Assembly (NCBI GenBank): GCA_002104905.1
Contig: MCFE01000165.1
Coordinates: 1 to 64,000 of the forward strand
Direction of reading: 5' to 3'
Source of the DNA: Basidiobolus meristosporus CBS 931.73
Taxonomy: Eukaryota > Fungi > Basidiobolomycota
DNA length: 64,000 nt
The notes below the pieces were generated by a model. That model was not told where the DNA came from. It did no database searches and worked only from the letters and a program-made list of their open reading frames with translations. Positions within the stretch are counted from its first letter, which is position 1. The number at the start of each line of letters is the position of its first letter. A program made the translations under genes and the position numbers. Below, in pieces: positions 1-11,445 of the stretch.

Positions 1-445
1 GATCATAACGTGGGTGGTCCTCCAAAAGTTCGAAGTCTTCGAACTTACTGTTAAACAGCGAGATTTCCAAACTTGAGGTCTGGAATCCAGCAACACTACC
101 ATCTTCGTTCAGAACCTTGTGTTCAGTATTGCAGAATTTGGACTCAAGGTTCTTCAGGAATTGGCTCTTGTGCAGTGCATTAGGCTCAACACCATGATAA
201 ACCACCTTCTTCCATCTGTTGGCCAACAAGGCCAAAAGGTCAAGTTCACCATTTCCGTCCCCACATCCGACAGAAAGTACAGATATCGGATTCTTGCTGG
301 ATGGTAGAAGCCCAGGGATGTTCTCACTTAACCAGTATTTCTCATTACGTGCATTTCCCGCCATGTCCTGAAAGAACTTGAAGCTCCGTTCGTAAAGAAC
401 TCCGGAGGCGGCAAGGTTAGGAAGCAGCTCTAGTTTGGTAAGCAT
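1..445 (-). CDS. Class I SAM-dependent methyltransferase, histamine N-methyltransferase (HNMT)-like; 3' end runs off the window
   Basis: Not in the ORF track because there is no stop in the window. Manual minus-strand translation from ATG 445: MLTKLELLPNLAASGVLYERSFKFFQDMAGNARNEKYWLSENIPGLLPSSKNPISVLSVGCGDGNGELDLLALLANRWKKVVYHGVEPNALHKSQF...SKFEDFELLEDHPRYD. It has SAM motif I (VLSVGCGDG) and the motif-II acidic residue (GVEP). The order YxxSF..F / .PG.. / ..LS.G.G...E.DL / VEP matches HNMT as recalled. Acceptor with GCTAAT branch site at 460-461, so upstream exons are possible. Confidence 0.7.
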   Translation of the reverse strand, partial: MLTKLELLPNLAASGVLYERSFKFFQDMAGNARNEKYWLSENIPGLLPSSKNPISVLSVGCGDGNGELDLLALLANRWKKVVYHGVEPNALHKSQFLKNLESKFCNTEHKVLNEDGSVAGFQTSSLEISLFNSKFEDFELLEDHPRYD

Positions 446-1254
446 GTATGAAGTATCACCTACAATTAGCGTGCTGTATAAATAGAAAAGTGCTCAGGGG
501 CAATGCTATGTAAGGATACTGGAACATGAACTGTATCCAAGCGCTTCGAACCTAAATGAATGATTAAAGGGGTTTCGGATGGCGAGACCTATACTTCAAA
601 ATGACAGCATTTTCACCACCCGAAAGATCTCTGATTTGGCAGCTTTACCCTTGTATTGGTAGCACTCCACTGTTTGTGTGTTAAGGTCAGTAGAGTGGGT
701 TGTAACCAATAGTGCTCACTAGATATCCCAAGCAAGGGTGGCTTTTAGAGGAGGTGACACAGCCTTAACGTGGTTGGAAGTAGTTGACCTAAACGTTTCA
801 GGTTGGCATCTCAGAAGCGCCCAATGAAGCAGGGAATGATTGTAGATTAACATGAGTAATTCATCTTCGTGTGGGTGTGAAAAAAACTGGCTGTGGTCGC
901 AGGTGATACGTTACCAGTGGGTCGTACCATCACAGAATTTATCTATGAATCCAAGTAGTATTGAAGTAATCCATAGTGGTAGATTTGCAGGTACAAATCC
1001 ATTTGGCTAAAGTACTCGGAATCGGCTGGGCCATCCTTTCCTTCTCTCTCCTTTTGATTGGTGATTGCCCCATAATTGGCCAATTTGGTGATATAATTAT
1101 AAAATCAGGCATTACACCAGTCATGTGGGAAATTGTAGGTCTGTTGGACTCCAGGATTGCGGATGGCCAGCACTTACCAATCTGAATGGTATAAAGCCCC
1201 TCACCGTGTAAAACATCCAAGTTTACTGCTTGAGTAGAAGGCGCTCTTTTCAGT

Positions 1255-3007
1255 ATGCCGTCCAGCGTTAAGGAGACTCCATTGCCAAAGGCTCAGTTTT
1301 TCGTCCTGACCTGTGTGCTCTTGGCCGAGCCAATCACATTCACAGTCATATTCCCGTTCATGTACTATGTAAGACTTCAGGTTGTCGGGGTTGTTATACC
1401 TACAACGTGCTAACCTTGGCTTCTTTTCTTCAGATGGTACAGTGGCTAATTGACCTTCATTCGCGCCTCCTGCGTTCTAAGCTTTGTTGATAGGTGCGCG
1501 ATTTCGGTATTGCTGAGGAGGAGAAAGACATAGGATACTATGTAGGCTTGTTGGCGGCGGTATTCTCAGTGACTGAGATGTTTTCCGGTCTGTTTTGGGG
1601 GGTGATATCGGATCGCATTGGTCGTCGTCCAGTCATCCTCATTGGGATGCTTGGAAACTTCGTTGGCTGTATTTTGCTTGGCCTCAGCAAGTCCTACTCC
1701 TTTGCCATCTTTGCCCGTTGTGTCAGTGGGCTCCTCAACGGAAACATTGGGGTTGTCAAGACTGTCATTGGGGAGCTGACGGATCATACCAATCAATGTG
1801 AGAATTTCTAGCTATTCTTTGTGCTGTCACATATCGGAAATGTAACCGATCTTTATTCGCTTCAGCCAAAGGCTTTAGTCTTCTCTCATTAACATGGGGC
1901 GTAGGTGTCATCGGTGAGTATACCATTTTGTCCAACCTTCACCAGGTTACAAGTTGCTAACCCAAAATCGCCGTTAGTTGGCCCTTCAATTGCTGGCTTA
2001 CTGTCCAATCCGGCTGAGCAATTTCCATCTTTGTTCGGCTCTGTTGCCCTATTTAAGGAGTACCCATATCTCCTTCCTTGTATTGCTGCCGCGTCGATTA
2101 CAGTCCCCGCCTTTGTAGTAGGGTTTTTCGTGTTACAGGAGACCTTGAAATCTAAGAGGACAACTGATGCCGAAACTCCAGCATCCGAACCAACAGAGAG
2201 CTCACCGCTTCTGAGCGATCGAAATAGCTCACATTCAACTGTGGTGGCTAGCTCCTCAACTCCATTCACCTTCCCCGTTATCATGGCCATTTTAGGCTAC
2301 AGCTTATTGGCTTTTCAAACCACGCTTTTCGACGAGCTATTCCCCGTTTGGGCCTCCACCCCCGTACGTCTCGGCGGTCTTTCCTTCACAGTATCCAAGA
2401 TTGGTCTAGCACTCTCATCAGGAGGCATCACCATCATTATCGGGCAGTTGGTTGTGTACCCGTTATTCCAACGCTATCTAGGAACCTTGGTTTACTACAG
2501 GTGGAGTCTTGTTGCATACTTGGTTACCTTCTTTTCCTTCCAACTCGGCTCGGTGGTTGCGAAGAAAGTGGAGTACGAGGGCTGGAATGAAGGTTGGGTG
2601 TGGGCCATCATCGTGTTCAACCTGACATCCAAGGCATTGTGCGGGGCGGGTGCCTTCACCAACATATTTATTTTGGTTTGTAGCTTCCACCGTTGAGTCC
2701 CCAATCTCCCGGTTAACTAACCACCCATTGCATCTAGCTAAATAACAACGTACCCAGCGAGAAACTGGGCACTGTTAACGGGGTGTCGCAATGTGTGGCT
2801 GCTTTCACCAGAGCCATCTCGCCCGCTCTTGGCGGGTTCTTGTGGAGTTGGTCGCTCAAGTCAGGATTGCCTTACCCGCTAAATCATCAATTCTCGTGGA
2901 TACTGCTCACACTATTCAGCTGCAGCTCACTGATTCAAAGCTTTTGGATTACGGATTCCAAACCAAAGGCAGATGAGGAAGTTGTTACTGTTGAGCAGTC
3001 GGCATAG
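1255..3007 (+). CDS. Major facilitator superfamily transporter (MFS_1, drug:H+ antiporter/ZIFL-like), multi-exon
   Basis: ATG 1255 (MPSSVKETPLPKAQFFVL...), MFS motif A (GVISDRIGRRPV), multiple TM segments and canonical GT-AG introns (1369-1433, 1437-1493 and others). Stop TAG at 3005-3007. Confidence 0.9.
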
Positions 3008-3636
3008 AAACTGAACTAGTCAATTCACCAAAGTGCACTTAGATTGCTGTGACGTTGGATATTAGTACCAAAATCTTTATAATACATTAATGGAATCGTA
3101 TGCCTGTAAGTTAGTCCCACACTTTGAGAAATAATATGTCCAAAGGCACCCACATTGCTACGAATGCTAGCGAGTGTATGGCCGGCTGCCAAAGATGGCA
3201 AAGTCTCCTGGTTTGTTGCACAGAGTCGGTTAGAACAGTAAAATTGCGTAGGACAACGTCTTATCCAGTGCTCCAAGAACAATGGAACTGGCTCATCCAT
3301 GTCTGAGGATTACTAAGGCGCAAGCACTTGTGATGCCACCAAATAAATACTATCTCTAATTACGTGCGTTACCCCGGATAGCATTAATGGCAGATTATAT
3401 GGAAACAGAAGTGAAATGCAATGAGCATGGGTCAAATTTATTGAAGGTTTACATAGGTCAATGTGTGAGCGTGTAGGCATTTATCGATATATGCTAAGAT
3501 AGATTTGAATATGATAGGCTTACACTAACCAACCACGTGGGAATTAGGGATGTTCTGAACTGCGGACACCAAATATTCTAAAGCTAATTCGATATAAGAT
3601 TGGCCCTATGCACCATTCAGACACTCCACTTCGGAT

Positions 3637-4522
3637 ATGCCACTGAGCACCTCAGAGACCCCATTGCCAAAGGCTTAGTTTTTCGTGTGCTCTTGGCCGA
3701 GCCATATTCCCGTTCATGTACTATGTAAGATTTCAGGTTGTCGGGGTTGATATACCTACAACGTGCTAACCTTGGCTTCTTTTCTTCAGGTGGTACGGTG
3801 GCTAATTGACCTTCATTTGCGCCTCTTGTGTTCTAAGCTTTGTTGATAGGTGCATGATTTCGGTATTGCTGAGGAGGAGAAAGATATAGGATACTATGTA
3901 GGCTTGTTGGCGGCGATGTTCTCAATGTCTAAGATGTTTTCCTGTTTATTTGGGGGTGATATCGGATCGCATTGGTCGTCGGCTGCTTGGAAACATCATT
4001 GGTTACATCCTGTTTGGTCTCAGCAAGTCCTACTGCTTCTCAGACCACTCTTTTCGAGGAGATATTCCCCGTCTGGGCTTCGACCCATGTTTGACACAAT
4101 TTTCCTGGGCAATTGATGATGTATCCGATACTCCAGCACTACCTTGGGACTTTGAGCTACTACCAGTCGCTTATACGATCACTTCTATCACTATGCAGTG
4201 GGGGTCGGTAGTTGCGAGGAAAGTGGAGTTCGAGGGCTGGAATGAAGGTTGGGTTTAGGCCATTATATTGATCAACTTGACTTCCAAAGCCTTGTGTGGG
4301 GCGGGTGCACTCACCAATATCTTCGTGCTGGTTTGTATTAGAATTGCCCTATCCTCTGAACTACCAATTTATATGGACTTTGCTCACGTTATGCAGTGGC
4401 AGCTCACTAATTCAAAGCCACTGGATTGCTAAGGATCACTAATTCAAAGCTACTGGATTGCCGACACCAAAGACAGGGCAGACGAGGATGTTTTTGAGGT
4501 TGGAGAGTCTGTGTCGAAGTAA
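3637..4522 (+). pseudogene. Decayed tandem duplicate of the MFS transporter gene
   Basis: Near-identical introns 1 and 2 and exon pieces relative to 1255-3007. Early CAG>TAG stop (~3677), several internal deletions and frameshifts; about half the length of the parent. Confidence 0.85.
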
Positions 4523-4757
4523 GGGAATGTTTGCGAACAAGAATAAATTTCTGTACCATATTCAGCAACGGAAAATCCCCGCAGTTGGTATGATTAAGGA
4601 TGGGGATTAGCGTCTTGAACTTGGCTAATATGCTGGCTGATCGAATCCGTGTAGTCAGGAATTTTCAGTGTCTCCGCAGTCCAATAAGATTGATGGAAAG
4701 ATAGTAAGTATTGATTTGTTAGGTACTGGCTTGCACCTGTTCACCAACTCTTTGATA

Positions 4758-7363
4758 ATGGGCTATACGGAACCGACTGATTCCTCTGATGAGGAGAGGA
4801 TGGATTTCTCCATAACCGAACGAGATCTTTTAGAGGAAGCGGATAACTTCCATGGAGGTAAGTGGAGAGAGGGTTAGCAATTGGGAAGGAGATAGTCCTT
4901 GATACTTAGTTCCTTTTCAGATCCTTCGAATAGGAGAACCCGACGAAAATTCACAAAGAACGACGCGATCTACGGTATATGGGCTGAGGACGAGGACGAA
5001 GAGGAGGAGGGAGAAACGGGGAAATATTCCAAGTACAGGTAATCCTTCTGATCAATTGGACGTTTTGACAAGTACGTCTAACGGAAACGGTTTGCTTTTC
5101 GTGCATCCAGCGGAAATATGAGTTTTGTGAAAGCTGCCACCCGTGATTCCTCTTCCGACGAGGAAGAGGATGTTCAACGAGCCGGATCAAGCGGCATGCC
5201 TAGCCAGGAGGAGACTCACATGGACAGCACTAATGACACGGACATGGATGTGGATCGACCGGCATTCGGTGGTTTGGGATACAAACCCGCACAATCGAGT
5301 GATGAAGAAGAGCCAGGCGTAGCAGGCTTAGGCTTCAAAGGTAAAGAGAGAATGGATTCTCCGCCGCAAGGTTCCAGTAGTCCTGCATTCGTTCAGGCTG
5401 GAAGTGGCTACTCTACACCCATAGATAGCCCACGAGGGCTAGAGGAAATGAGATCGATGCAGTTTGGTAGACCAAGCACAAGTACCAGCACCAGCACCAA
5501 TAGGGCCCCTCCACCTTCCAAAGAAGATGCAGAGAATCTCAAAACGTACGGATTTGGTTTTGCGATGCTTCAGAAGCTGGGATACAAAACCGTAAGTAGA
5601 CAAGCATTATTTTGTTGAGTTTAGAATTGGCACTCACTCCATGGTATCTCTAGGGAGAAGGTTTGGGCGTCAAAAAAGACGGTATCGTAGAGCCGATTGA
5701 AACGAAACTCCGACCTGGCCGAATTGGTATCGCTTATAAAGGATTCACCGAAAAGACCCACCAGGCGAAAAAGCAGGAGAAGAGACACAAGTCCACAGAA
5801 GATGACGATGAGACCCCGACGTCCGGAGCTGAGAGACGCGCCAAAGGAGCAAGAGGAGTGAAACGCGAAAGCCGCCCTCCTCGGACAAAGACGAAATACA
5901 AATCGGTCGAAGAGATCATGAACAAAGTGGATGCGGCATACAGCGGTGCCACGCAAAAGATCATCGACATGCGAGGACCCGAGGTACGCGAGCTAGCATC
6001 TGCCTCTGAGTTGAAGCCCGGCTCGGTCGAGATCAAGGACGATATCAGATTAATCATAGACCTCTCACGAGGAGAACTGGACCATTTGGCGAGAGAAAAG
6101 CGCATCGAGGAGCATCGGCTCAAATCATTTCAAATGGAGCGTAAGCGGTTTCAGTCCATTGTGGATGAGGACAACAAGCTGATCGCCAGACTCAACGAGA
6201 TCACCGCCATCGCCAAGGAGTGCGAAAAGCACGTGAAGGCAGCCATGGTGGATAGCTCACTGTCGTTGGAGATTTTCGATGACGCGTTCACCCGCCTCGA
6301 AAACGAATACAAGGCCGAGCTGAACACGTACCCCATAGATTCCCTCTGTGTAGCAGTTTGCAGCCCCATGTTAAAACGCACCTTCGCCAATTGGTATCCA
6401 TTAGAGGAGCCCACATACCAGCTCTCGTTTCTGCGGAAGTGGAAGAACCTTTTCAAAGCGAGCAATCCATCGGACTCCAACGGATACGATTCCGATTCCG
6501 ACATGTATATAACCAAAGATGAGATGAAGCCTTACGAGAGCATGTTGTACCACTTGTGGCTACCACGCGTGCGATCGACCGTGGTGAACGATTGGAACCC
6601 ACGGGAGTTCGACGCGATGGTGACTCTGTTGGAGAACTGGACCCCGCCCGTCCTCCCGCAATTCATCTACGACAATGTCATCGATCAGCTGATCCTTCCT
6701 AAGCTGAAGCGAGAGATTGAACAATGGGACCCGCGCAAAGACACCGAGATGATCCACCACTGGCTGCACCCATGGCTGCCGCTCCTGGGCGACCGCTTGG
6801 AGGCACTCTACACCGCTATCCGTCATAAGTTCATTATTATTCTGCGGGAATGGCATCCCTCCGAGGCGGGTGCTCACGCGCTGCTGAAGCCCTGGATGTA
6901 TGTTTTCAATGACACCGACTTCCGGGCCCTCCTCTCCAAGGCAATCCTGCCCAAGTTGAAGCAGACTTTGCGCACGGAGTTTGTGGTTAACCCCCGACAG
7001 CAAGACCTCAAACCCCTCCAATGGGTCTTGTCGTGGAAGGACCTCGTCGCCCCCGAGAAACTGGTCCACCTGCTGGAGAAGGAGTTCTTCCCCAAGTGGC
7101 TCCATGTGCTGAAGGCCTGGCTAGCCAGCAACCCGAACTTCGACGAAGTCACCCAATGGTAAGTATTCATCCTCCATTTAATCCGTCCCCTTCCCCTCCC
7201 TCTCCCCTCTACTTTCGCATTCAGCTTACTAACTGTGTCCAACCCGGTCGGCAGGTATCTGTTCTGGAAAAATCTGCTCGTCAACGAACTGAAGGAGGAA
7301 TCGCTTCTGATGGGCCAATTCAGAATCGCGTTAGACCTGATGAACCAAGGTGTGCCGAACTAA
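4758..7363 (+). CDS. TFIP11: Tuftelin-interacting protein 11 / Ntr1 (Spp382) spliceosome disassembly factor (TIP_N, G-patch, GCFC domains)
   Basis: N-terminal FTKNDAIYGIWAED motif, G-patch split by an intron (GFGFAMLQKLGYKT|GEGLGVKKDGIVEPIETKLRPGRIGIAY) and a long W/P-rich GCFC region in ORF 5663-7162. Last exon ...FRIALDLMNQGVPN-stop at 7363. Confidence 0.9.
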
Positions 7364-7597
7364 GCTCACCCTCTCCCCACCGCATCCACTACGTGCTCAT
7401 AGATAAACACATACCGTCGAAGCACCCATTCGCTTTCATGTATTCCCCCCCCCCTTACTGCCCTAATCTAAGTGAAATGAACCGTCCAGCCTATCATGGA
7501 TATATTTGCTATTTATTCATTAGAGACCTTTGGGGTTGATTGAGAATGGTGAGAACATTTCTGATCTTCAATATGGGAAATCGCACGCTTAGTAGGC

Positions 7598-8077
7598 CTA
7601 GTACTGGAGGGCCAATCCCGCCAAGACGGCCACCGCGGAGAGGATGGCGCCGGGTTGGATCAGGGAGCTGGAGGAGCTGGGGGTCGTGGTTTTGGCCGGA
7701 GTGGAGGTGGAGGCGGGCTTGGAGACGCCGCCCGAGGATGGAGCGACGACGCCGGGGCCGCTGGCGGCTGGTGGAGGGACCACGGCTGCGGAGGACGAGG
7801 CGCCAGCTCCTGCGCTTGGGGAGACCGCCGGGACGGGTTTGGAGGAAGGAACCGCAGAAGGGACGACACTTGAACCGCTAGCGATGACGGAACTTCTGGT
7901 TGGGAGGGCAGTTGGAGTACCGACGGTGGCGCTTGAGGATCCGGCGGTGGGGGAGATAAGGACGCTGGACTCGGTTGGGGAGGGTGCGATGGAGTCCACC
8001 TCAGTGTCGACGCCGGTCTCTTGGGCCAATGCGTAGGTGGCGCAAGCCAATACGAGTGCGTAAGTCCAGAATTTCAT
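7598..8077 (-). CDS. Secreted Ser/Pro/Ala-rich, putative GPI-anchored cell-surface protein
   Basis: Signal peptide (MKFWTYALVLACATYALA), low-complexity S/P/A body, hydrophobic C-terminal tail (GAILSAVAVLAGLALQY). Confidence 0.8.
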   Translation of the reverse strand: MKFWTYALVLACATYALAQETGVDTEVDSIAPSPTESSVLISPTAGSSSATVGTPTALPTRSSVIASGSSVVPSAVPSSKPVPAVSPSAGAGASSSAAVVPPPAASGPGVVAPSSGGVSKPASTSTPAKTTTPSSSSSLIQPGAILSAVAVLAGLALQY

Positions 8078-8514
8078 GTTGGTGGGGTAGGTGAGACGAG
8101 GAAGAGGATGCGGTTAGTGGGGAAGTGGCCGACGACCAGACTTATATACTCTCGAGTGGAGGGGCCCATTTGGGTAACCGTACCCACCGGTCAACCCACC
8201 CACCATCTCAGGTGAACCTCGACCTGGGTACCTGATAGGGCGCTAACAATAGCCGCTGATCATCTGAGATAAATAAAGATTAGCACCCAGCTTTCGAGGG
8301 TGTTGAGTGGCCCATGAAGGCCCGTAATTTGGTAACTTTAATGGATGACCCCGGTTCCCATATTGGTGTACGGTCAGTAATGAATTGCTCCATCCATGGG
8401 TGAGACCTGCCATTCTGGGCTCGAGGGAGTCACTTTATTGTGTGTCACTTGGCGGGGGAGGGAGGGGGGGTGCGAGGTGATACAAGGGATGGGTCGGACA
8501 AATCAGACTAAACC

Positions 8515-9021
8515 TTACATGTTGCCCAGGATCCCGCCAAGAACCATGGCCGCCGTGACCAGGATTCCCGGTGCGATCCCGATGGCGGTATTCTTGTTGG
8601 TGGAGGGCGCGACCACCGTGGTGGTCGGTTTGATGGGGGACGCCGAGCTCGCCGATGGCTTCCCTGAGCCCGAACTTCCCGACGGCTTGGCCGCGCTGGA
8701 GCCCGCGGAGGCTCCGACCGGCGCGCTGGTGGAGGCGGAGCTTGGAGCGGATGAGGACGCGAGCGCTGGCGCCGATGACAAGCTGGTGGGGCTGGAGCTG
8801 GAGCTGGGGGAGGAGGCGACGCCGGAGGAGGAAGCCGGGGTGGCTCCCGAGCTTGCGGAGAGGCTTGGCTGAGAGATGGTAGCGGGGGTGAACTCCGGCT
8901 CGTCCACCCCGCCGCCGGTCTGCTCTGGGGCCGAGTTGGCCAGGGAGTCGCTCTCGGAGAGCTCCTGCGCGATCACCGAACTGGCCAACACGAGAACGGC
9001 GATGGAAGTTGAGAATCTCAT
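8515..9021 (-). CDS. Secreted Ser-rich, putative GPI-anchored cell-surface protein
   Basis: Likely start ATG 9021 (MRFSTSIAVLVLASSVIA signal peptide), Ser-rich body, hydrophobic tail (IGIAPGILVTAAMVLGGILGNM). Confidence 0.8.
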   Translation of the reverse strand: MRFSTSIAVLVLASSVIAQELSESDSLANSAPEQTGGGVDEPEFTPATISQPSLSASSGATPASSSGVASSPSSSSSPTSLSSAPALASSSAPSSASTSAPVGASAGSSAAKPSGSSGSGKPSASSASPIKPTTTVVAPSTNKNTAIGIAPGILVTAAMVLGGILGNM

Positions 9022-10101
9022 GGTCGTGGCGTGGTGTGGAATCGATGGTTGGGTATGATATGGGTTCGACCGTGGTTTCACTTTCTTCCTTTATACCCCT
9101 CCCCGTGGCACGTGACAGGACGCGACGAACACCACTTATCCACTCCTCCCCCATTGTTGCTTACTATCCGAACCAACCGCCGGTGGAAATGCTCCGAGGG
9201 GACCTAGAGTTGGCAATGGATCAAGGGGGAAGTCCGAATAGACGAGCATAATGAGGCCTCAAAGGAGGCTTGCATGGCTGTGTTCACTGAATCCACAAAT
9301 CTCCGTCACCCCTCCCTCTCACTCACCCATTCACCCACTCACTCCCTCTCTCGCCCCGATCCCACCCCAATTCCCAAGGGAAGGTGGTGGTGGATCCAGC
9401 AGAGATACGGGATTGTAATGCTGGATCCCCTTGAGAGACATGAAGGGGGGACTCAATGCATGATGCCTCGACTATCTCGAATAAACTTTCCGCCTCTAAA
9501 ACTCCTTCGATATCCGGGATAGTTATGGATATGGATATGAATACGAATGAACTGGGTGAATTGGCGGGTTGGGCGCCGCCTTCATTCATCACCAACCTGT
9601 CTTGTCTGGACGGGCTTGCAGGAAGGCGGTGGTTTGGTTGGCTGGTCGGTCATGAACTTGAAGTCAGATCAAGTCGATCCCGTGTCCAGGGTATACTGAT
9701 CCTCGATTGAGGCGATGCGACACAAACCAGATTTCGGGTCGCCCACATTCATTTCTCCGCCATTATCGGCCCCGATGTCGCCTTCAACCTCATCTCGACT
9801 GTATGTCCCCTCTGTCGCAGCGGGCTGTGATTCAGCATCCTATCACGTGACAACCCACCCAACATCCGTCTACTCACGGAAGGACGAACCATGAAAAATC
9901 ATCCGAAATGCAGTCGGCAGGACAAGGAATACTTTTTTTTTTGGAATTTTTTATGTCAATTAAATATTACACGATAAAATGGTACAGTTACGATCATCAT
10001 CGTAGGAGGGACTGATGATCGCATCGCTCATTGTTAAATAATCAAGGTTTAATTGAAACTAGATCGGCAGCGTACGCGGGAGGATGGCGTGGTCGACGAA
10101 T

Positions 10102-11445
10102 CTAATATTCCTCAATCTCTTCTTCATCTTCAATGGAGTCAGCACCAACTTCTTCGTAATCCTTCTCGAGGGCGGCGAGATCCTCACGAGCCTCGGAGAA
10201 TTCACCTTCCTCCATACCTTCACCAACGTACCAGTGGACGAAGGCACGCTTGGCGTACATAAGATCGAACTTATGGTCAAGACGGGCCCAGGCCTCGGAG
10301 ATGGAGGTGGTGTTGCTCAACATGCACACGGCACGGTTAACCTTGGCAAGGTCACCACCGGGAACGACGGCGGGAGCTTGGCTGTTGATACCAACCTTGA
10401 AACCGGTAGGGCACCAGTCAACGAATTGAATGGTACGCTTGGTCTTAATGCCAGCAATAGCAGCGTTAACATCCTTGGGAACAACGTCACCACGGTACAA
10501 CAAGCAGCAGGCCATGTATTTACCGTGACGAGGATCACACTTGACCATTTGGTTGTTGGGCTCGAAACAAGCGGTGGTGATCTCGTTGACGGAGAGGGTC
10601 TCGTGGTAGGCCTTGGCGGCGGAGATGATGGGGGCATAGGTGATCAAGGGGAAGTGGATACGAGGATAAGGAACCAAGTTGGTTTGGAACTCGTTCAAGT
10701 CAACGTTCAAGGAACCTTGGAAACGAAGGGAAGCGGTGATGGATGAAACGGCTTGGGCAATGAGACGGTTGAGGTTGGCATAGGAAGGACGCTCAATGTC
10801 AAGGTTGCGCTTGCAGATATCATAGATGGCTTCGTTATCAACCATGAAGGAACAGTCGGTGTGCTCAAGGGTGGTGTGGGTGGTCAAGATGGAGTTGTAG
10901 GGTTCAACAACAGCAGTAGAGACCTGAGGAGCGGGGTAGACGGAGAACTCCAACTTGGACTTCTTACCGTAGTCAACGGAAAGACGCTCCAAAAGGAGGG
11001 CACCGAAACCGGAACCGGTACCACCACCGAAGGAGTGGAAGACAAGGAAGCCTTGAAGTCCGTTACAGTTGTCGGCGAGCTTGCGGATGCGGTCAAGGAC
11101 GGAGTCAACCATCTCCTTACCAATGGTGTAGTGACCACGAGCGTAGTTGTTGGCGGCATCTTCCTTACCGTTGATCAATTGCTCAGGGTGGAAGAGTTGA
11201 CGGTAGGTACCGGTACGGACCTCATCGATGACGGTGGGCTCCAAATCGACAAAGACGGTACGGGGAACGTACTTGCCAGCGCCAGTTTCGGAGAAGAAAG
11301 TGGAGAAGGAGTCGTCAGTGGTGGCCTTCTCGGTGGCGACTTGACCATCGGGCTGGATGCCGTGTTCAAGACAGTAGAGCTCCCAGCAGGCATTACCAAT
11401 TTGGATACCGGCTTGACCGACGTGGACTGAGATAACTTCACGCAT
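10102..11445 (-). CDS. TUB1: Alpha-tubulin
   Basis: 447-aa uninterrupted ORF with MREVIS start, GGGTGSG signature and acidic tail ending EEY. A probable 5'-UTR intron lies just upstream (GTACGT...GCTAAC...CTAG, ~11468-11512). Confidence 0.98.
   Translation of the reverse strand: MREVISVHVGQAGIQIGNACWELYCLEHGIQPDGQVATEKATTDDSFSTFFSETGAGKYVPRTVFVDLEPTVIDEVRTGTYRQLFHPEQLINGKEDAANNYARGHYTIGKEMVDSVLDRIRKLADNCNGLQGFLVFHSFGGGTGSGFGALLLERLSVDYGKKSKLEFSVYPAPQVSTAVVEPYNSILTTHTTLEHTDCSFMVDNEAIYDICKRNLDIERPSYANLNRLIAQAVSSITASLRFQGSLNVDLNEFQTNLVPYPRIHFPLITYAPIISAAKAYHETLSVNEITTACFEPNNQMVKCDPRHGKYMACCLLYRGDVVPKDVNAAIAGIKTKRTIQFVDWCPTGFKVGINSQAPAVVPGGDLAKVNRAVCMLSNTTSISEAWARLDHKFDLMYAKRAFVHWYVGEGMEEGEFSEAREDLAALEKDYEEVGADSIEDEEEIEEY

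Noticed and set aside
939-1220. 93-aa minus ORF as a separate gene
   Set aside because: No recognisable domain, and a consensus splice donor sits inside it; more likely leader or exon pieces of the methyltransferase locus.
7540-9251. Several overlapping ORFs around the two GPI genes (e.g. 8435-9154, 8396-8872, 7644-8036)
   Set aside because: GC-rich low-complexity sequence yields stop-poor shadow frames. Only the signal-peptide/GPI frames have a coherent architecture.
9842-9850. ATCACGTGAC as a centromeric CDEI element
   Set aside because: No AT-rich CDEII or CDEIII follows. It is at most a bHLH E-box (a similar one lies at ~9109).
10084-11430. Long + strand ORFs (220 and 225 aa) opposite alpha-tubulin
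   Set aside because: Typical antisense shadow of a strongly codon-biased gene; no independent motifs.
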